Shown: positions 57,782 to 64,000 of the stretch, one piece after another | How positions within the stretch are numbered: the stretch's first letter is position 1 | How the letters are laid out: every line of letters starts with the position of its first letter | Sequence record: MN871440.1 | Strand: one strand, 5' to 3' | DNA: 64,000 nt | Notes under the pieces: generated by a model | Database searches by the model: none | What the model saw: only the letters and a program-made list of their open reading frames with translations | What the model was told of the DNA's origin: nothing | Program-made: the position numbers and the translations under genes

Positions 57782-60700
57782 ATGTTAACAACTAAACAAT
57801 TATTCGAACGTCAAGAAGAACAAGGTTATGATCGCTTCTTGACTGAAAATACCTTGTATGATAAAGACACTAAATTGGCATTCATCAATGATGAAACTGC
57901 TATCATCAATGCCTTTACATTCAACTTCTTGGGTATTCTCGGGAGCTTTAACGCTGCTCGTCAACTGAACGATCAAACCACTCTGAAATTCATTCAGCGT
58001 TATTTCAAAACCGACGGTCAACTTCGTCTTGGTAATATCGAGGACAAGAACCACAACATTTCGCTGATCATCAAACTGATGAATGACAAGCAAATGTTTA
58101 TCAGTACAGCTAAAGTAAACGAAATGACTCGTTTTCTGGTACTGTGTAAGTCCGGTGTTATTAACACTATCGATGATGATATTGTTCGCGCTTGGGTTGC
58201 TAATATCAAGAATACCGCTTTGTTGAAAGCAGATACAAAACTGCGTGACGTTCTACTGAAATTCAAGAACGGCGCAATCAGTATGATTGATGCTTCTAAA
58301 GAAATGCGTCGTCAACGCACCAAACACGAAGAAATCAGCATGGAATATTGGGACGTTAGCAAGCGTATTCGTTTCAAGAACATGGATACCATGACCACTG
58401 GCACTGCTGCTGGTAACGCTCAGGACGCTGATGCTGCGATTTCTCAAGTTGACACTAGCGTTGATACTGTCGATAGCGTAGAAGATGCCACAGACGCACC
58501 TGAACCGGTTCCCGTTGTTGCGCCTGAACCAGTCAAACCCGCGTATCTGACCTATAATCACGATGCTGGATTTGCTGATGCTGTTATTTCAATCGTAGAA
58601 CAACACATCAATCAGAAAGGTCAAGGTATTTCTGGTATGAATGATTTTGATCCGAATGAATACATCATGGGAGATGACTTTAGCCCAACTGCTTTTGAAT
58701 TTGATCTTGATGATCCCGCACAGAAAGAGATCTATGATCGATATACAACTCAGTTTGCCGAAGTGACAAACAAACTCGCGTCGTACTGCCGTCAGTTTAA
58801 GTTGCATTCGTCTTCAATTGATAATATTCAGTCTGATGTCGGTACCTATCATCTGAACGATGAAACGTTCTTCATTAAGAATCGCGCTGAATTTGAAAAT
58901 CTTTACAAGAAATACGGATTGTATGGCATCGCAGATCCATTTAACGGTACAATCGAAATGTTTACCGTGATCTATGGGATTGCCGGTAGCAAAGTTGATA
59001 ATAAATCTTGGCTGTTTGGCTTTAGTGCTGATGATATTCTTCGTGAACTGTTCAACGACAAACTCGGCAGCAAAGTTGAAGCTCATAGTTATGGCATGAC
59101 ACAAGACATGATTATCACTCTTGCCATTCGTCTTGAGAACGCACCAGATGAACGTAGAATCGCTATCGTTGATCAATTTGCTGTTAGTTTCATCACAGTT
59201 TCAACTGTGCTTATGGGACATCAAGGCACGGACATGAAACAGAACCCACTGTTTGGTTCTGAGTTTGATATTTTCACCAATACCAAGGCACAAGCCACAT
59301 TGGTTAAAGTCTGTAACGAAGAGATTGCCAAGATTTACCCAACAATCCCGGGTCTGCCGACATGGGGCAAGGGTACCGAGCCGACTAACAAGTTCCGCAA
59401 TATGGTTGTTTATCTGACTCGCGATTATATTACTGGTGCTAACTTTGATTTCATTTCCGAATATTGGCTCAAGAAAATGTATCTTGATGATACCGAATTC
59501 GTTTACGAATACAAGATGACCGCAGGCGCAAAACCAAATGAAATGACGCATATTCCATTGCGTTTCATGCCGTCTATTGCAGTTGCTCAATTGGCCAAGG
59601 CAGTTGTTCGTTATACAAAACTGAACAGCGCGAATTATCCGCCGCTTGAGGCGCTGAAACTGTCAATGACTAAGTTCCCAGAAGTGACCAAAGAAATTCA
59701 AGAAATGATTTTGCAGAAGATTGATAATCCTGCCGAAGTGCATTACGCTATGCAACTGATGCCGACCTATCTTGACTCTGCTACAACAGAAACTCAGGTA
59801 GAAGAGCGTGTTAATTTCTTGCTTAATAACATCAAAACAAAAGATGGCGTTAGACGCTTTGTGTCTCGTATTGGTCAATGTGAACCACACGTTCGTGTTC
59901 CGATGTTGCTTGCAGCATATGAGCACTTTGGCGATGACATGGACGCACAGTATGTTGGTGACTTTACATATGACTTCATCAACAAGATTGATTTCGATGA
60001 AAAATCATCAGCTAAGTTTATGGCTCTTGAGGTCGAATTCGGATTTAAGTTCATGAACAAAGAAAATCTGACCGGTATTAGACGTCGTGATGATAAAGCG
60101 AAAGCACAACAAACTCTGGTTGATATCATTTATAATGGTATGAAAGAAGATGAAGCGGTTGCTAACGCATTCTTTGAAGAACTGGAAACTTATTACAAGA
60201 CCAAAGTTCGCAATACTTTGACTGGTGTTAAGTTCATCTATAACCAAGTATCTGGTGGTCCGATCAACATGTTTGATACCCCTGATATGCGTCGCGTTAA
60301 GAAGATGTTCGAGTTTAACGAGATTGACCCAGACGAACTGGTAAAAGCTGCTAAGATTCGCGCTAAGAAAGGCGAAAACTTTAGTGATTATATTCGTCGT
60401 GTTGAATCTGCTGCTGATTCAAGCACAGTTGTTCCGCCTTGTGCTGTTAGCGATGACAATATCAGCGACGAACAGAAATATTTGATTGGTAAGCATCTGG
60501 TTGATACCTACTATGCAGGCAAACACGGTAACACTTACCCATTGATTCACAAGTCTTTCACTGTTAACTTGTCTTATCCAGAATATAACGAGTTCTTGAA
60601 AGCTCAAGAATCTATTGGCAAACTGGAACAAATTGTGCCAGCTTTCCACGGTACTGGTGGTATCGCTGCTAACATGGTTCTTCGCTATGGTTTCAAGATC

Positions 60701-61342
60701 ATCCCGAGTAAGGATAAATCGGTTGTTGGTCGTATGCTTGGCGATGGTCTTTACTTTAGTAACAAAATCGATAAGATTTTGCAATACGTGAGTAACGATG
60801 GTTATGGTCGTCATGCTGGGACTCGTGGTTATGTGTTCGAAATGGAAACCATTCTTGGTGAGCGCAGACAAGATTATCGTTCTGCTGGTTGTCCGAATCC
60901 AACCGATCATCATGCAGTTCGTTCACCAGAATGGGCCGTGTTTGATCCGAAGAAGCAAGTCAAGATCTTGAAATGCTATGAAGTTGAGCTGAACACTTTC
61001 AGCAAATACAAAGAGCATCAAATCAAAATGAAGGGAAGCATGAACGAAAGCAAAACAATGAAGTTCGGTGAAATGCTGACCGAAGCCAAGATGGCCAAGA
61101 CTAGCGATTATGCGATTTATACTTTCTATGACGGTATGATCCCGATGCGCAAGAACGGAATTCTTGAGTATGTTGACCCGAAAGAGTTCGTTCCGGCTAA
61201 CGGCGTAGAACTTGAGTATGGCGAAGACTCATATGTTTCTGTGTATATTCCATCGAAGTCAACAGAATACAATAGATATTCTATGTGTAAGAAACTTAAA
61301 GGAAAAGACTTGGAGAAATTCTTGTCCAGAGCCTGTAAGTAA
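57782..61342 (+). CDS. 1186-aa late protein with a C-terminal PARP-like (H-Y-E) ADP-ribosyltransferase domain
   Basis: FHGTG, GDGLYFS...KILQY, PEWAVFD; CTAAATA at 57746; terminator at 61347. Confidence 0.8.
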   Translation: MLTTKQLFERQEEQGYDRFLTENTLYDKDTKLAFINDETAIINAFTFNFLGILGSFNAARQLNDQTTLKFIQRYFKTDGQLRLGNIEDKNHNISLIIKLMNDKQMFISTAKVNEMTRFLVLCKSGVINTIDDDIVRAWVANIKNTALLKADTKLRDVLLKFKNGAISMIDASKEMRRQRTKHEEISMEYWDVSKRIRFKNMDTMTTGTAAGNAQDADAAISQVDTSVDTVDSVEDATDAPEPVPVVAPEPVKPAYLTYNHDAGFADAVISIVEQHINQKGQGISGMNDFDPNEYIMGDDFSPTAFEFDLDDPAQKEIYDRYTTQFAEVTNKLASYCRQFKLHSSSIDNIQSDVGTYHLNDETFFIKNRAEFENLYKKYGLYGIADPFNGTIEMFTVIYGIAGSKVDNKSWLFGFSADDILRELFNDKLGSKVEAHSYGMTQDMIITLAIRLENAPDERRIAIVDQFAVSFITVSTVLMGHQGTDMKQNPLFGSEFDIFTNTKAQATLVKVCNEEIAKIYPTIPGLPTWGKGTEPTNKFRNMVVYLTRDYITGANFDFISEYWLKKMYLDDTEFVYEYKMTAGAKPNEMTHIPLRFMPSIAVAQLAKAVVRYTKLNSANYPPLEALKLSMTKFPEVTKEIQEMILQKIDNPAEVHYAMQLMPTYLDSATTETQVEERVNFLLNNIKTKDGVRRFVSRIGQCEPHVRVPMLLAAYEHFGDDMDAQYVGDFTYDFINKIDFDEKSSAKFMALEVEFGFKFMNKENLTGIRRRDDKAKAQQTLVDIIYNGMKEDEAVANAFFEELETYYKTKVRNTLTGVKFIYNQVSGGPINMFDTPDMRRVKKMFEFNEIDPDELVKAAKIRAKKGENFSDYIRRVESAADSSTVVPPCAVSDDNISDEQKYLIGKHLVDTYYAGKHGNTYPLIHKSFTVNLSYPEYNEFLKAQESIGKLEQIVPAFHGTGGIAANMVLRYGFKIIPSKDKSVVGRMLGDGLYFSNKIDKILQYVSNDGYGRHAGTRGYVFEMETILGERRQDYRSAGCPNPTDHHAVRSPEWAVFDPKKQVKILKCYEVELNTFSKYKEHQIKMKGSMNESKTMKFGEMLTEAKMAKTSDYAIYTFYDGMIPMRKNGILEYVDPKEFVPANGVELEYGEDSYVSVYIPSKSTEYNRYSMCKKLKGKDLEKFLSRACK

Positions 61343-61451
61343 ACTAAAGCCACCTTCGGGTGGCTTTTTTGTGTAAAAGTCCTTGCGTCGATCTGCCGTT
61401 GTGTTACTATACACACATCGAAACGAAATACACAACTGAGGAAAACATCAT

Positions 61452-61752
61452 GGATATGGCAATTCAAGCACAGTTCGACGCAATCGCAAAGCAGTTCAAT
61501 GTTAATCGTGACGCGCTTGAGCGTATGGCAAATGGTGTTGTGTCTCGTATCAAATACTTCGGTATCGAGAAGTTCAAGAAACTCCCGGAAGCTGAACAGC
61601 GTGTTATTCTGAGTGAAGCTGTTGCTCACTGGTTTCACGCTCAACAAAAGATCACCAACGATTATCTGATGAATCGTAATGGTTGTCGCGAAAAGCTGCA
61701 AAAGCAAGTCTGGAAAGAAATCCAGAAAAATCAGAAAAAAGTTCAAAAATAA
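61452..61752 (+). CDS. hypothetical early protein
   Basis: Promoter 61383-61410 and GAGG RBS. Confidence 0.65.
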
Positions 61753-61823
61753 GTTTGACACGACTAAGAGGCCATGTAATAATGGCCTCATTGAAACGAA
61801 ACAATCACTCTGAGGAAAACATC

Positions 61824-62051
61824 ATGAACAACATCGAAATCAAAGCCTACTTCGCTGTAACTGCTGCTAAGAAAACCAAAGCTCAAGTAGCTCGCGAACT
61901 GAACGTTTCCCCGCGTACCATCGGTCGTTACATCGACAAGACTGTGGAAATGGTTCGCGATCAAGTCGCTGCTAAACTGGAAGCTCAGTTCGCCGGTAAA
62001 GTACAACGTCGCAAAACCTACGTTTACAATAACCCGAAAAAATCAGCGTAA
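61824..62051 (+). CDS. small HTH DNA-binding protein
   Basis: TKAQVARELNVSPRTIGRYI; promoter at 61755. Confidence 0.75.
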   Translation: MNNIEIKAYFAVTAAKKTKAQVARELNVSPRTIGRYIDKTVEMVRDQVAAKLEAQFAGKVQRRKTYVYNNPKKSA

Positions 62052-62061
62052 GGAGAAAATC

Positions 62062-63311
62062 ATGAATCAAGCTCTTGTTGAACAAGTAAAGTCCAAAATC
62101 GATTCTCGTCTGGTAGAATACGTGCGCGTTAAGTCTCGCAAGTCACTCGGCGAAGAGACAATGGAAGTGATCATGGTTGGTGCTAAGATTGGTTGTTCTG
62201 ATCTTGAGTATTTCAACAATCGTTGGGCTCACTTCATGCTTCATGCTGGTGAAACCAAGTTTGAAGCTATCTGTGGTGATTGCAAGTGGAAATCCGGTGT
62301 GAAGTTTCCAGTTCTGCGGAAACAGAAAACCAGAGAACTGGCTTGTGATAAAATTGTTGAGTTCATCAACAAAAACACTCAGGCTTTCATTGACTGCTAC
62401 AAACTGGAGGTATAATTGACGTCGATTGATGTAATCGGTATTGTCGCTGGTGTTATTCTTGCTGTTGTTTCGCTGATGACTATGTTCATTGAGTTCTATA
62501 GCTCTCGGCGAATCAAGAAAAACTGGGATATCATTCAGCACAATTCCAAAAAACAAGGGTATGAACTCAAACAAAAGAATATTCTAACGTTCTATTTTGA
62601 GTCCGAAACTCGAATGAGTCGTGAGCTTTATCCATCGGAAGTGTTTGACTTCTGGGTACAGTGCGCCGACGATCTCGATACTCATACTCTTCCAAAAAAC
62701 GAAACTGGAGAATAAAATGGCTTACGCTGCCGCTATGATGACAACTCTTTTCATTGCTTTTGCTGCCATCGTTTACTTTGTTGCCAGCTATTTCAAAGAA
62801 CGTTCGCAAACTCAGTTCAATATGCGCCGTTCTTGGATTCGCGAACACTGGAACGAGATCTTTGCCGCAATGCAAAGCAAGAGTATCACCGTTCGAATTC
62901 ACGATTCGTATGGTATCCCGAAAATTCCGACCGATACCACTAACGGATATTCTTTTATTAGTGACGCTGGTCAACAAACTCGGGTTCTGTCGATTGACGA
63001 AACCTATAATCTGCTTCGAAAGGCGGAGAATGCCAAAGATCTGAACAAGCTGATCTTTGGCAAGTATCTGTATCGTCAGTTTAATGTCAAGTAAGTATCA
63101 AGACATTAGCGGACCGAATAAAGATATTGTGTTGCGCAATTTCGAGAAAATGTTACAAGGTCAAGATTTCAGTCAGAAATACATCCCTGTATATGCTACT
63201 CTCGAAACAAAAATAATGGAAAAACCACTTGTAACTTCCTCTCCCGTTGTGATAAGATCTAATACATCAAATGACATGAGAGACGACGACAAATGGTGGC
63301 GAAAGGATTAA
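62062..63311 (+). CDS. run of hypothetical genes (62062-62415, 62416-62715, 62717-63094, 63084-63311)
   Basis: Coupled ORFs; two have an N-terminal TM helix. Confidence 0.6.
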
Positions 63312-63429
63312 ATGTAATATGTGATATTGCGTTAGTTCTGAACGTGATAATCTGGGCCATGATCGGGAGTAACGACTTCATGATCATGGTTCTCAAAGCG
63401 ATTTTACCTATACTGAAGTGGCTTGAAAT

Positions 63430-63756
63430 ATGAAAAAATTTGCTGTAATTGCTCTTGCATTTGCTCTAATGGGATGCGATACTGTAACAACTGAGACCAC
63501 GAACGCATATCAAATGCCGGAAGGTCTAACTGGCTGTAAAGTGTTTTATCTACGGTCCAAATCAGATCAAAATCTATATGTGACTCGTTGCCCAGATACA
63601 ACTTCGACTCATTGGTCTGTGAATCATGGCAAATCGACATCACATTATGATTCGACCGCTGATAATTATGATCCGAATGCTGAGACTATGGATCAAGCTA
63701 TCGAGCGACTGAACAAAAACTTGGCTGAACTCTATCAACAAAAGGCGATGCAGTAA
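63430..63756 (+). CDS. putative lipoprotein
   Basis: Lipobox LMGC; MPEGLTGCKVF...LYVTRCP. Confidence 0.7.
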   Translation: MKKFAVIALAFALMGCDTVTTETTNAYQMPEGLTGCKVFYLRSKSDQNLYVTRCPDTTSTHWSVNHGKSTSHYDSTADNYDPNAETMDQAIERLNKNLAELYQQKAMQ

Positions 63757-64000
63757 TGAACGTTATTGAAATTGGTCTGAAAGAAGTTATTATTCTTTTC
63801 GTGTTCCTGCTCGTTTGTCGTCTTGTCTACGTCAAGATCATGAACTATCTGGATCGCGATAAATTCTTGAGCAAGCTGCCGGTTCTGAATAAGAATCTGC
63901 TTCGATATGGGATTCAGATTCAAGAACAAGAGAAGTATTTCGTTTTTCTGGGTTGGAATCGGACTACCGGTCCAATGACGATAAGCCAAGCAAAAATGTT

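Noticed and set aside
60600-60960. Tpt1/KptA-type tRNA-splicing phosphotransferase linking the ART to the split tRNA
   Set aside because: The motifs are H-Y-E PARP-like, not the HG(T/S)...H pattern of Tpt1, and nothing in the sequence links the two loci.

Overview
64 kb of a large T4-like myophage genome whose gene order differs from T4. 1-25.7 kb (minus strand): neck, fibritin, short-tail-fibre and baseplate genes (14, a GIY-YIG endonuclease, 13, extra fibre-like genes, wac, 12-6, 25, 5.4, 5.1, 5, a 27-like hub, 53, 48). 25.7-33.2 kb (plus): 4, 2, 54, 26, 51, 29-like, 3, 1, 57A, 57B. 33.2-43.4 kb: a dispersed array of about 20 tRNAs mixed with many tRNA-like and other structured RNAs. 43-64 kb: early accessory genes, including tk, a Ro60/TROVE-like vWA protein (DUF2828), CreA, LPD11, an ADP-ribosylglycohydrolase and a 1186-aa late protein with a PARP-like catalytic domain. 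Leading candidate for a new system: a family of non-coding RNAs sharing a helix flanked by TTC(A/T/C)GCAA and AAAG(T/C). It occurs as stand-alone RNAs and, circularly permuted, in place of the anticodon loop of tRNA-like RNAs, in a genome encoding a Ro-like vWA protein (a possible phage Ro/Y-RNA-like RNP). Also notable: a tRNA-Ile2(CAU) gene split in its anticodon by a 691-bp endonuclease cassette, a second two-copy ncRNA family, and an adjacent PARP-like writer and ARH eraser. All structures and family calls were made by eye; no database or folding program was run.
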